IMG/VR virus record: IMGVR_UViG_3300042879_006196 | Location: 186,001 to 250,000 of that record | DNA length: 64,000 bases | Strand: one strand, 5' to 3' | Shown: positions 41,205 to 50,191 of the stretch, one piece after another | How the letters are laid out: each line of letters opens with the position of its first letter | How positions within the stretch are numbered: the stretch's first letter is position 1 | Made by a program: the position numbers and the translations under genes | Notes under the pieces: model-generated | Seen by the model: the letters and a program-made list of their open reading frames with translations, nothing else | The model's database searches: none | What the model was told of the DNA's origin: nothing

Positions 41205-41825
41205 ATGTCAGAAAAAGTAACAGATAGAATACAAGAAGTGATTGCACAATCTGTGCCTGCCTCATGCACTATATTTGTAAAAACAAGAAAACAATCTTGG
41301 TCAGGAAGCGGCTTTCACATAGGAAATGGCTATGTTGTTACTGCTTCACATGTTGCACCTGAAGAATTAATGTCCAGTGGAGACGTAAAAGTAACTTTTG
41401 ATGGTTCATTATTATTGGATTGTTCAGTTTTCAAATCAGATCCTAATATAGACGCGGCTATTTTAAAAATTGAATCAGATTGGTCAAATATTCCTTCTGT
41501 AGTTTTAGCAAACTCAGACGCTGTTGAATTGGGTGAAACTGTTGCAGTTATAGGCGCGCCAGAAATGTTTCATGACACAGTAACGGTTGGAAGAGTAAGC
41601 AATACAGATCAATCACTAGGAGATGCCGCCCCATCTCCAGCTTGGAATAATATAATGTTTGTTGATGCAAAAATCATACAAGGAGTAAGCGGCGGAATGT
41701 GCGTTGGCACAGATGGTCTTGTAATTGGTTCAGTAATTGGAGTCACAGGGATGCTTGCAGAATATGGTGTAGGTGAGAATGTTATTTGTCCTTCCAATAA
41801 AATAATTAATCTTTTGAAAAGTTAA
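41205..41825 (+). CDS. Trypsin-like (S1, HtrA-type protease domain) serine protease without PDZ
   Basis: GSGFHI..VVTASHV, DAAILK, GVSGG. ATG at 41205 preferred over the track's TTG at 41190 because it follows the S8 stop. Confidence 0.9.
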   Translation: MSEKVTDRIQEVIAQSVPASCTIFVKTRKQSWSGSGFHIGNGYVVTASHVAPEELMSSGDVKVTFDGSLLLDCSVFKSDPNIDAAILKIESDWSNIPSVVLANSDAVELGETVAVIGAPEMFHDTVTVGRVSNTDQSLGDAAPSPAWNNIMFVDAKIIQGVSGGMCVGTDGLVIGSVIGVTGMLAEYGVGENVICPSNKIINLLKS

Positions 41826-41829
41826 TTAG

Positions 41830-41835
41830 TATAAT
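41830..41835 (+). promoter_or_regulatory. TATAAT -10 box 6 nt upstream of the dnaJ ATG (candidate leaderless promoter)
   Basis: tagTATAATatctatATG; no Shine-Dalgarno is present. Confidence 0.5.
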
Positions 41836-41841
41836 ATCTAT

Positions 41842-42798
41842 ATGGATTATTATTCAATACTTGAATTAGATAGAACGGCGTCTCCCGAAGATATCAAAAA
41901 ATCTTACAGAAAACTAGCAAAACAATATCATCCAGATGTAAACCCCAACGATCCAATATCTGAGGAAAAATTTAAACAAGTAAGTGAAGCATATGAAGTT
42001 CTTTCAGATGAACAAAAAAAACACAACTATGATACTTATGGTAATGTAAATGGTGGGGGTTTTACTGATTTTGGTTTCAATATCAATTTTGATCCTGGTT
42101 CAATATTTGAAGAATTTTTTGGACCCAGGAGGCAACCTGAAAGAAATACTGATCTGCAAATTGAATTGCAATTACAATTAAAGGATTTTGTTAAAGGCTG
42201 CGTTCATACTGTCAAAATCAATAAAAGAAAAAAATGCCTTGATTGTGACGGATTAGGGGGATTTGATTTCAATGCATGCCCTGACTGCAATGGCTCTGGC
42301 ATGATTCAACATTCCAGTTTTAACCATATGTTTTTTGTTCAAACATCTCCTTGTGGCAGATGTAGTGCCAAGGGCAAAATTCCACAAAGACAATGTGATA
42401 AATGTAACGTTACTGGATTCATTAATTACGTTTCAGAAATTAATATCAATATTCCTGAAAATTGTCCAATATTTGCTACTTTACAACTTCAAGGTCAAGG
42501 TAATCAAGAAAAAAATAATTTACCTCCTGGAAATTTGTTTGTAAGACTTGTTCCAGTCTCAAACGGCTTTGAAGTAGATCATGAGGGCAACGTTAAGTTG
42601 ATCAAAGAAATTAATTTGCAAAATTGGGTAAATAACGAAGAAATTTCAATTGATAGATTTGGAATAGAAGCATTCAAATTTTCATTGTATAATTTAAGTA
42701 GCTCTGATAGTCAAATCAAATTTGATGGGATGGGCGCAAAGAATGCAAATAACAGCCGCCAAGGTGACTTTATAGTAGCATTCAGAATAACTAAATAA
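41842..42798 (+). CDS. dnaJ: DnaJ (class A) co-chaperone, 318 aa
   Basis: J-domain with HPD (KQYHPDVN), short G/F region, four Cys repeats ([32 protein letters not shown]) and C-terminal domain ([13 protein letters not shown]). Confidence 0.95.
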   Translation: MDYYSILELDRTASPEDIKKSYRKLAKQYHPDVNPNDPISEEKFKQVSEAYEVLSDEQKKHNYDTYGNVNGGGFTDFGFNINFDPGSIFEEFFGPRRQPERNTDLQIELQLQLKDFVKGCVHTVKINKRKKCLDCDGLGGFDFNACPDCNGSGMIQHSSFNHMFFVQTSPCGRCSAKGKIPQRQCDKCNVTGFINYVSEININIPENCPIFATLQLQGQGNQEKNNLPPGNLFVRLVPVSNGFEVDHEGNVKLIKEINLQNWVNNEEISIDRFGIEAFKFSLYNLSSSDSQIKFDGMGAKNANNSRQGDFIVAFRITK

Positions 42799-42802
42799 GG
42801 AG
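42796..42802 (+). promoter_or_regulatory. Shine-Dalgarno TAAGGAG for the 65-aa ORF
   Basis: TAAGGAG lies 10 nt upstream of the ATG at 42813. Confidence 0.7.
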
Positions 42803-42812
42803 AAATAAAAAT

Positions 42813-43010
42813 ATGGCAATGATTAAACAAGGAAAATCAGGAAAAATCAAACAAGTAATTGTTGACGATGTTGAGCATACACCTGCTCCAGACTTACAGT
42901 GGTCTGATGTTGTTATCAAAGACGTTCTTGATGTTCCAACTAGAACAGAACACGTATTGGATGTTGACCTAGACGAAACTGACGGCGATGAAATTGCAGT
43001 AAGAGTTTAA
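42813..43010 (+). CDS. Small acidic hypothetical protein, 65 aa
   Basis: Strong SD upstream and terminator immediately downstream. Confidence 0.8.
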   Translation: MAMIKQGKSGKIKQVIVDDVEHTPAPDLQWSDVVIKDVLDVPTRTEHVLDVDLDETDGDEIAVRV

Positions 43011-43013
43011 ACT

Positions 43014-43041
43014 AAGATCCCAGCAATCTGGGATCTTTTTT
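43014..43041 (+). terminator. Intrinsic (rho-independent) terminator
   Basis: Perfect 10-bp stem AAGATCCCAG-CAAT-CTGGGATCTT continuing into a T run. Confidence 0.85.
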
Positions 43042-43063
43042 GTATTTATTTCGTAAATTATTT

Positions 43064-44707
43064 GTGCTGCAAATTAATTTAAATAATGATTATGCCAGTG
43101 TTTCTGGAGAGTATGATAAAAAAACTATTGATCTCATCAATGAAACCTGCTCATATAAAGTGCCAGATGCCGAGTGGTCTGCTAAATTCCAAAATGGCAC
43201 TTGGAATGGCAAAATTAGCTTGTTTAGTAGGCGAACCATGTCTTTTCCAGCTGGAATATTTAACATCGTTTTAAAAGCTTTGAAAGACAATAATATTAAA
43301 TTTGTCTTCAACGATTGTAGACCAAAACCTAAAATACAAAAGTTAGCACAAGTTGATTTAGGTGAACATTCTTTCAGAGATTATCAACAGGAAGCAATAA
43401 AAAAAATCAAAGAAAAAACTCGTGGCATTCTGGCTATGTGCACTGGTGCTGGAAAAACAAAATCTTCTTGTGGTATCATTTCAGAGCTATCGGTTTACCC
43501 AGTTATTTTTGTGGTGCCTTCTGTATCTTTGTTGAAACAAACAGTTTCAGAATTCAAAAGTTCTTTAAAGCCTTTGGATCCTAATTTCAAAATTGGTGAG
43601 ATAGGTGGAGGCAAATGCGACATAGCTCACCACGGTGTAAATGTCGCAACTTATCAAACTCTTTTAACTGCTTTTGATAAAAAATATTCAGAGCAGAGCA
43701 AAAAAGTTGTTGATGTAGTAATTGATAATACGACATTGCCAGGTCTTGAAAAACAATTGAAAATTCTCAAAGTAGATTTAGAAAACTCACCAGTGAAAAA
43801 AACTAAAAGTATTGAGAAAAAAATTAAAGATTTACAAAACAAAATTTCTGCAAAACTTAAGTTTTTTGATAATAAAAAACAATTAAGAGATCTTGTAGGA
43901 AATTGTCAACTTTTAATTATTGATGAAACACATATTGCCGCTTCTGTTATTGAATGTATATCCCTTAAAGCTTCTAATGCTTATTACAAATGTGGACTTT
44001 CAGGAACTCCAAGGCGGTTAGATAACCAAGACGTAAGAATGTTTGGTAGCACTGGTCCTATTATTCATAAAGTTACTTCTTCAGATTTAATAAAAAGGGG
44101 GTTTTTGACCAAACCTTACATTTACATTGTTGATTTAGATTTTATAGACAAATCTGCTCCCTCTCATCCTGAAACTTACAAGAAAGCCATAGTTAATAAT
44201 GTTCAAAGAAATGAACTAATTCGAGATTTTGCTATAGAAATGAAAGCAGAAGGCAGACCAACTTTAATTTTAGTGGAAAGACTTGAGCATGGAAAAATTT
44301 TAGAAGAAATGATCGAAGATTGTGTCTTTGTTCCTGGCGGAGATGGCTCAGATGATAAAGAAATTCCTGATAAAGAACTAGATTATCGTCGCTATCAATT
44401 AAATAGACTTGAAAACAATGAGATTATAATGGCTGCCACTTCTTGGGCATACACTGGTATTGATGCCCCTAAGATAAGCTGTATTATTCTTGCATGTTCA
44501 ATCTCTTCTCCTAACACAATTACTCAACAAATTGGAAGAGGATTAAGAAATGCTCCAGGCAAAAAAGATTGTGTCATCATTGACTTCAAACATAAAGAAA
44601 AATCTTTAAGGCAACATCATTTTTCAAAAATGAAAGTTTATAATTCTGAAGAAGAATTTGTTGTAAAAATTTTGAAGTATAATAGTAACAAAGGAACTTA
44701 TGTTTAA
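43064..44707 (+). CDS. uvsW: SF2 DNA helicase, UvsW-like
   Basis: Q-motif FRDYQ, Walker A CTGAGKT, IIDETH, GLSGTP, TQQIGRGLR; N-terminal SYKVPDAEWSAKFQNGTWNGKISLF..FPAG matches the UvsW pattern. The track's TTG at 43040 lies in the terminator T-run, so GTG at 43064 is preferred. Confidence 0.75.
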   Translation: MLQINLNNDYASVSGEYDKKTIDLINETCSYKVPDAEWSAKFQNGTWNGKISLFSRRTMSFPAGIFNIVLKALKDNNIKFVFNDCRPKPKIQKLAQVDLGEHSFRDYQQEAIKKIKEKTRGILAMCTGAGKTKSSCGIISELSVYPVIFVVPSVSLLKQTVSEFKSSLKPLDPNFKIGEIGGGKCDIAHHGVNVATYQTLLTAFDKKYSEQSKKVVDVVIDNTTLPGLEKQLKILKVDLENSPVKKTKSIEKKIKDLQNKISAKLKFFDNKKQLRDLVGNCQLLIIDETHIAASVIECISLKASNAYYKCGLSGTPRRLDNQDVRMFGSTGPIIHKVTSSDLIKRGFLTKPYIYIVDLDFIDKSAPSHPETYKKAIVNNVQRNELIRDFAIEMKAEGRPTLILVERLEHGKILEEMIEDCVFVPGGDGSDDKEIPDKELDYRRYQLNRLENNEIIMAATSWAYTGIDAPKISCIILACSISSPNTITQQIGRGLRNAPGKKDCVIIDFKHKEKSLRQHHFSKMKVYNSEEEFVVKILKYNSNKGTYV

Positions 44708-45053
44708 ATCTGTAGTTTTTGGTATGCCTTCAAAATGCCCTAATCGGAATTGTCACGCAATTTTTTATAAAGACTGTCATAAAGGCTGGCTTCCAAAATC
44801 TGAGTTAGAGATTTTTGCTATCATGAGATGTTCAGCTTGTCGTGACACATTTGCTATTGCTCAAATGATTCACATGGTGCATGAATACAAACAAAATCTT
44901 CCAGAAAGAGAAGTGGTTAAAAATCAAATTACAATATTTACCGAAAAAGATCAAGAAACTTTTAGAAAAGAATTATTTTCTGATGATAACCCTCTTTGGA
45001 ATTTGTATGATGGTTATTTCCCAGGTGCTTTAGATTTACCTGAAGATGTATAA
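44700..45053 (+). CDS. Hypothetical Cys-rich (putative Zn-binding) protein, 117 aa
   Basis: CPNRNC and CSAC motifs; coupled to the helicase stop. Confidence 0.7.
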   Translation: MFKSVVFGMPSKCPNRNCHAIFYKDCHKGWLPKSELEIFAIMRCSACRDTFAIAQMIHMVHEYKQNLPEREVVKNQITIFTEKDQETFRKELFSDDNPLWNLYDGYFPGALDLPEDV

Positions 45054-45054
45054 T
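45049..45054 (+). promoter_or_regulatory. TATAAT -10 box 7 nt upstream of the dnaK ATG
   Basis: gTATAATaataaatATG; it overlaps the upstream TAA stop, so chance is possible. Confidence 0.4.
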
Positions 45055-45061
45055 AATAAAT

Positions 45062-46687
45062 ATGGGAATATTTATTGGCTGTGATTTAGGCACAACAAAT
45101 TCTGTTGTTTGCTTTAAAAATTCAAAAAATGAATTTGAATTTGTTAAAGATGAATCAGGAAACAAACTTATTCCATCTGTAGTTTGCTATGCTGATGAGC
45201 TATATGTTGGTAGAGAAGCGGTTGAAAATGAAGAAAATTTTCCTGAAAAAACTATAAGATCTTCTAAAAGATTTATTGGTAATAATAATTCTGATTATGA
45301 CGCAACAGAAGTTGCCAAGCATATCTTAGAGTATTTAAAAAGCATAACAGAATCTCACTCAAAAGAAGCAATTGAAGGCTTAGTAATCACTGTGCCAGCT
45401 TATTTTAATCAAAATCAAAGATTAGAAACTAAAAAAGCTGCTGAACTAGCTGGTTTTAAAGTCTTAAGAATTATTAATGAGCCTACCGCTGCCGCCTTAG
45501 CATACGGGGAAGACACTAACTTAAATGAACTTGTTCTTGTGTACGATTTGGGAGGTGGCACTTTCGATGTAACACTGTTACAGTTATCTGATGATAAAGT
45601 TTATCAGGTGTTAGCGACTTCAGGAAATACAAAACTTGGAGGAGATGATTTTGATAATTTGTTAGTAAATTACATTATTGGCGAGATACCACATCATTTC
45701 AATGAATTTAAAGATTTTCAAGTTAGGCTTAAAAAATTTGCCGAAGAAATAAAAATACAATTAAATTATAAATCTAAGGTGAGCAAAACTTTAAAATATT
45801 GTGGATTATTACATGGTAAACTTTATCATCACAAAGTAGAAATATTAAAAGAAGATTATGAAAAAATGATTCATCCTCTATTACTCAAAACAAAATCTCA
45901 TGTTTTGACAGCTTTAAACGATGCAGACAAAAAAATATCTAATTTGTCTAAAATTATTTTAGTTGGTGGCTCAACAAAATCAAAAATTGTTAGAGAATTT
46001 GTTGAAAAAGAATTTAACACAAAAGTCTTTTATGAAATTGACCCAGATTTAACTGTGAGCGCTGGAGCTGCAAATTTAGCTCACTCTATCGCCGTTAAAA
46101 ACGCTGACAGTGCCATTCTTGTAGATGTCACTCCACTATCACTTGGAATTGAAACTAAAGGGGGATTGTTGAATAAAATTATTCCTAGAAATACGAATGT
46201 ACCAGTAAGTGCTGCGCAAGACTTTATAACAGCAGAAGATAACCAAGAATCTGTGAATATCAAAATTTATCAAGGTGAAAGACCTCTTGCCAAAGATAAT
46301 GAGTTTCTTGGTGAGTTTGTGTTAAGTGGATTTGAAAAACGACCAAAAGGGCAAACAAAAATTGTTGTTAAGTTTGATATTGATGCATCGGGTTTAATTA
46401 CTGTCACTGCTTTTGATAAAATTTCAGGCTTACAGTCTGAAGTCACGTTAAAATCCTTGACTTCAGAAAAAACAAATGAGTTGCTTGATAATATTGAAGC
46501 AAGCTTACATGATGACAAAAAAATACTAGAAAAAATTGAATTAGAAGAATTAAGACAAGAAGCAAAAACTCTTATGCTAACACAAAGTATATTAAATAAA
46601 GATGAAGATTTAGAATCCACTTATGATGCTGTAAAAGATAATCTTGTTGCCCTAAAAGTTTTCATACAATCGTTAAACAATGCATAA
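45062..46687 (+). CDS. dnaK: Hsp70/DnaK chaperone (short form), 541 aa
   Basis: GCDLGTTNS, IINEPTAAALAYG, YDLGGGTFDV, ILVGGST, linker VDVTPLSLGIE and substrate-binding DNQ..V.I.IYQGER. Confidence 0.95.
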   Translation: MGIFIGCDLGTTNSVVCFKNSKNEFEFVKDESGNKLIPSVVCYADELYVGREAVENEENFPEKTIRSSKRFIGNNNSDYDATEVAKHILEYLKSITESHSKEAIEGLVITVPAYFNQNQRLETKKAAELAGFKVLRIINEPTAAALAYGEDTNLNELVLVYDLGGGTFDVTLLQLSDDKVYQVLATSGNTKLGGDDFDNLLVNYIIGEIPHHFNEFKDFQVRLKKFAEEIKIQLNYKSKVSKTLKYCGLLHGKLYHHKVEILKEDYEKMIHPLLLKTKSHVLTALNDADKKISNLSKIILVGGSTKSKIVREFVEKEFNTKVFYEIDPDLTVSAGAANLAHSIAVKNADSAILVDVTPLSLGIETKGGLLNKIIPRNTNVPVSAAQDFITAEDNQESVNIKIYQGERPLAKDNEFLGEFVLSGFEKRPKGQTKIVVKFDIDASGLITVTAFDKISGLQSEVTLKSLTSEKTNELLDNIEASLHDDKKILEKIELEELRQEAKTLMLTQSILNKDEDLESTYDAVKDNLVALKVFIQSLNNA

Positions 46688-47309
46688 AGAATTCGATGAT
46701 AATTTAAGAGCTAAATATGGTTTAAATTTAGTTGGTATTGATGAAGCTGGTCGAGGCGCTTGGGCAGGTCCCTTAGTTGCGGCTGCAGTTTGCCTACCTA
46801 ATGATTTTGTCCTAGAAGGTCTTACTGATTCTAAAAAGTTGTCAGAAAAAAAACGCATTGAGTATTTTGAGATAATTAAAAATAATGCATTAGCTTATTC
46901 TATTCAAGAAATAAGCCCAGAACAAATTGACAAAAATGGTCTGACATGGGCAAACATACAAGCTATGGAATTGGCTGGGCAAACCGTCAAAAATACTCTA
47001 ACAAAGGTGGACATTTATGTTATTGACGAATCACCTTGTAAAAGTTTTAGCCCACTGGTAATGATGCCCAAAGCTGATAGCACATCTATGAGTGTTGCAG
47101 CTGCGTCTGTGTTAGCAAAAGTATACAGAGACGAAATGATGTATGCGTTTGCTAACCAATATCCTGAATATTGTTTTCAGCAAAACAAGGGTTATATTGA
47201 CAAAAATCATGTTGATATTGTCAATAAATTTGGAGTGATTGCTGGCTTGTATAGAGAATCATATAAAGTAAAAGGGTTTAATAAACCCACTCAACTAAAA
47301 CTCGTATAA
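46680..47309 (+). CDS. rnhB: Ribonuclease HII
   Basis: GIDEAGRGAWAGPLVAAAV, LTDSKKLSEKKR, SVAAASVLAKVYRD, NKGY. Confidence 0.95.
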   Translation: MHKEFDDNLRAKYGLNLVGIDEAGRGAWAGPLVAAAVCLPNDFVLEGLTDSKKLSEKKRIEYFEIIKNNALAYSIQEISPEQIDKNGLTWANIQAMELAGQTVKNTLTKVDIYVIDESPCKSFSPLVMMPKADSTSMSVAAASVLAKVYRDEMMYAFANQYPEYCFQQNKGYIDKNHVDIVNKFGVIAGLYRESYKVKGFNKPTQLKLV

Positions 47310-47318
47310 AAAGTAAGT

Positions 47319-47720
47319 ATGAAGAACTTTTTTAAAAAAAATACTGATCAGATTGGCTCCACTCTTTCATTAGTTTGTTTGATTCATTGTTTATTTTTGC
47401 CTATTTTAATTGCCACAGTGCCTTTTGTTTCTTTTATGTCTTTTATGCAATCTTTTTGGGCTGAAGCTTTGATGATTATTTTTGCCATACTAAATGCAAT
47501 TTTAGCTGTTACATCAGGGTTTAAACAACACAAAAACTATATTGTGGTTTCTTTTTTTGTTTCTGGTGCATTGTTTCTTATTTTAAGTTTTATAGTTCAT
47601 AAGTATTTGCATTTTGCAGATTACTTTACACCGATTGGCGCTTTTATTTTAGGTGCTGGTCACTTCTTCAACAAACGGATGTGCAAAACATGTTCAACCT
47701 GTAATACTATCAATGAATAA
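47319..47720 (+). CDS. MerC-family membrane protein, 133 aa
   Basis: DQIGSTLSLVCLIHCLFLP (MerC-type CxxHC), four hydrophobic segments, terminal AGHFFN. Confidence 0.8.
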   Translation: MKNFFKKNTDQIGSTLSLVCLIHCLFLPILIATVPFVSFMSFMQSFWAEALMIIFAILNAILAVTSGFKQHKNYIVVSFFVSGALFLILSFIVHKYLHFADYFTPIGAFILGAGHFFNKRMCKTCSTCNTINE

Positions 47721-48168
47721 AACCACAGAACTTTTTGAATTGCTGCCTTGCGAAATGAATCAGATTGTGTTAGAGAACCAAAATGATTACATCGTAGGAA
47801 TATTAGCCGAAGAAAAAGAAGTGGGAATAATTTTAAGTGGATATGATGGGAGCATTCTTACTTTTGTTGATAGTGGTTGTGCTGATCATGCTCATATCAA
47901 TACTGTTCATCAGTTGTTAATTAAATTCAAACAAAGTTGCGGTTTCAAGTTGAGTAGGTCTATAATTGAAGCAAAATATGGCGACGTAATTTATTGCAGA
48001 CTTCATTGGAAGAATGAAAAAGGAGATATTTATAATGTATGCAGCATTGGAGATGCATTAATTCTACACAGTCTAACAGGATGTGATTTGTTTATTTCAA
48101 AAAATGTCTTTGATCAATTTGAGCCATTTGATTCTCAGGGATATTTTCATTCTTTTGAAGATTTTTAA
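47713..48168 (+). CDS. Divergent DUF151/bifunctional-nuclease (BFN)-like protein
   Basis: GIILSGYDGSIL..TVHQLL..SIIEAKYGDVIYCRL..SIGDALIL..LFISKNVF parallels the DUF151 consensus; ATG at 47713 overlaps the merC stop. Confidence 0.6.
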   Translation: MNKTTELFELLPCEMNQIVLENQNDYIVGILAEEKEVGIILSGYDGSILTFVDSGCADHAHINTVHQLLIKFKQSCGFKLSRSIIEAKYGDVIYCRLHWKNEKGDIYNVCSIGDALILHSLTGCDLFISKNVFDQFEPFDSQGYFHSFEDF

Positions 48169-49217
48169 ATTCCTACATAAGCATGAACTTCAAAGGTTAC
48201 TTTCATATCACCCTCTGAAAAACTATTATTAGTCTGAGTTATTACAGCCTTATTGATTGCAAATGGTGCAGGAATTACTGTTTGTAACACTGAGTTTGCA
48301 GTGAAATAAATGTTAAAATTATCTTGGACATATCTCAGTACACCAGTGGGCTGCAAAGTAACATTTCCTCTTTGTATTAATTCGCTTGTGCTTGCTGTCG
48401 GGATGTCGTTATATTTCCAGTTTATTATGCTTCCTGTTTCATTGTCTATTGAAATAGACGCAGTTCCACTAGCTGTAATTTCAATTCCACCAACAGATAA
48501 GAATGGAAATTGCCAACCTGAATAAGAAGCAATATCTGCATCACTTGTTGGATTCCAAATTCCTCCATGAAGCCCGTCGTAAGGCACTGAGTTAAAGGGC
48601 GGATAATAAGGGTAAACACCTAAGAAATTTTTTTGTGAAGTTTTTATATCTATTGTTATTGTGCATTTTTCAACAAAATATGCAAAACCGCCAAAATCAA
48701 CACAAAAATCATAATTAGAAGCATCTCTAGAAGCATAATTCAAACCAGTTTCTTCAATGAAACTTTGAGCTGTTGCTCCGTAATTAATTTTGTAAACATT
48801 AGTTGCATTATTGGGGTCTCCATCTGACAACAGAGTAAAATCCACGCTTGAACCATCAACACCAATATTTATAACAATTTTAGATAGTAAAGGCAGAAAA
48901 TTATTTGGTAAATTATTTGTATATTGAAAAGCAACTAAATCATTCAATAACTTTAATGCATCACTCATTGTTTGCCCTTGTTCTGGAACTAAAATAGGCG
49001 CGTTTAAAGTAATATTTTCTGTTACTTGTTTTATATCCAAAACTCTAGTTAAAGGCGTTCCTTGCATATAAAATTTAGCATTAGTAGGCATTGAATTATT
49101 ATCGTTTAATGTTTTAATAATATATGGATACTTACCAGTATTATCTTGACCGCCATTAGGTGATGTCCTAACTGTGACAAACTTATATACACCATAAAAG
49201 TTATTATTGAGCGGCAT
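48165..49217 (-). CDS. Tail-tube-like structural protein, 350 aa
   Basis: Beta-rich; YMQG motif and D....F....VEK.TITI pattern shared with the adjacent 313-aa ORF. Confidence 0.5.
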   Translation of the reverse strand: MPLNNNFYGVYKFVTVRTSPNGGQDNTGKYPYIIKTLNDNNSMPTNAKFYMQGTPLTRVLDIKQVTENITLNAPILVPEQGQTMSDALKLLNDLVAFQYTNNLPNNFLPLLSKIVINIGVDGSSVDFTLLSDGDPNNATNVYKINYGATAQSFIEETGLNYASRDASNYDFCVDFGGFAYFVEKCTITIDIKTSQKNFLGVYPYYPPFNSVPYDGLHGGIWNPTSDADIASYSGWQFPFLSVGGIEITASGTASISIDNETGSIINWKYNDIPTASTSELIQRGNVTLQPTGVLRYVQDNFNIYFTANSVLQTVIPAPFAINKAVITQTNNSFSEGDMKVTFEVHAYVGI

Positions 49218-49249
49218 AATTATAATTTACAATTAATTGTTGTAAAAGC

Positions 49250-50191
49250 CTATGTAATTGTAAATAGGAAGTTCTCATTCAATGGTGTGGATGGAGACAT
49301 TCTGAAGAATCCTTCGGTAGTTCTTTCAATGATATCTGGAGTTAAATTTTGCACAGAAATTTTTAACAATGAATCAGGAATTAAGAATGATATTGGTCCT
49401 ATTGTGCCAGTTAAATTGAATTCATTAAAAAAACCACCCAAAGAATATCCGAAAATATCAAATGCCGAAGTTATATGCTCTACGATTTTGAAAGATACTC
49501 CCACTGATTTTACGCCAGTAGAAAAAGGTCTGTCATACCTATCTGCTTGCGCACAGTACATCAAGAAAAATTTTTGATCTACTTCTTTTTCTATAGTAAA
49601 TGAGAACTCAATTAAGTTTTCAAGTTGCGAACCATTTCTTTCAAAAAAACAATCGTACCAATCTACATTTCTATATAAGTTTGTGTCATCAGCAGGTATT
49701 GTGAGCGGATTTAAATTTGCAACATCAGTTTGACCCTTGATGCTTATACTTACATTTACTGGTCCATTTTTTTTTGCTGTAATTGTTGTTTTTTCAACAA
49801 CACATGTGTCAAAAACAAGTGAATTCGTACTATATACATAAGGATCACTTTCTGCTGTTAATGCGGCGTTATAAGGTAACAAAAAAGTGGTTAGTGTAAC
49901 CAATGAATTATAATTTTGTCCAGAATTTAATAAGTCAATTATTCCAGACTGTAAAGCGTTAGACTCATTTATTCTCAAAGGAAAAGAAATGTTGCCATCA
50001 ATAATTTTTTTACTTATACTAGCCACTGCTTTGCCAGGTCCACCTTGCATGTATGAGCTATCTAAGCTTATTTTCTGATTCATTTGAACAGAATAATCTT
50101 GTGTTTTGATTGGGTAAGATCCATTTACAATTACAGGTGGTGATAAAACACCTGATAAAATAACTGATCTATCAAAATAGGTGGATGACAT
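49250..50191 (-). CDS. Tail-tube-like structural protein, 313 aa
   Basis: IDGNISFP..FDTCVVEKTTITA..VNVSISIKG..WYDCFF..FSFTIEK..P...GVKSVGV follows the two-domain phage tube pattern. Confidence 0.6.
   Translation of the reverse strand: MSSTYFDRSVILSGVLSPPVIVNGSYPIKTQDYSVQMNQKISLDSSYMQGGPGKAVASISKKIIDGNISFPLRINESNALQSGIIDLLNSGQNYNSLVTLTTFLLPYNAALTAESDPYVYSTNSLVFDTCVVEKTTITAKKNGPVNVSISIKGQTDVANLNPLTIPADDTNLYRNVDWYDCFFERNGSQLENLIEFSFTIEKEVDQKFFLMYCAQADRYDRPFSTGVKSVGVSFKIVEHITSAFDIFGYSLGGFFNEFNLTGTIGPISFLIPDSLLKISVQNLTPDIIERTTEGFFRMSPSTPLNENFLFTIT

Noticed and set aside
43040-43063. TTG start at 43040 for the helicase
   Set aside because: It falls within the terminator T-run; GTG at 43064 is more plausible.
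46081-46858. Antisense ORFs over dnaK/rnhB
   Set aside because: Short, and they mirror the codon pattern of well-supported sense genes; no independent motifs.
47319-47720. Mercury-resistance operon
   Set aside because: No merA, merR, merT or merP in the window.
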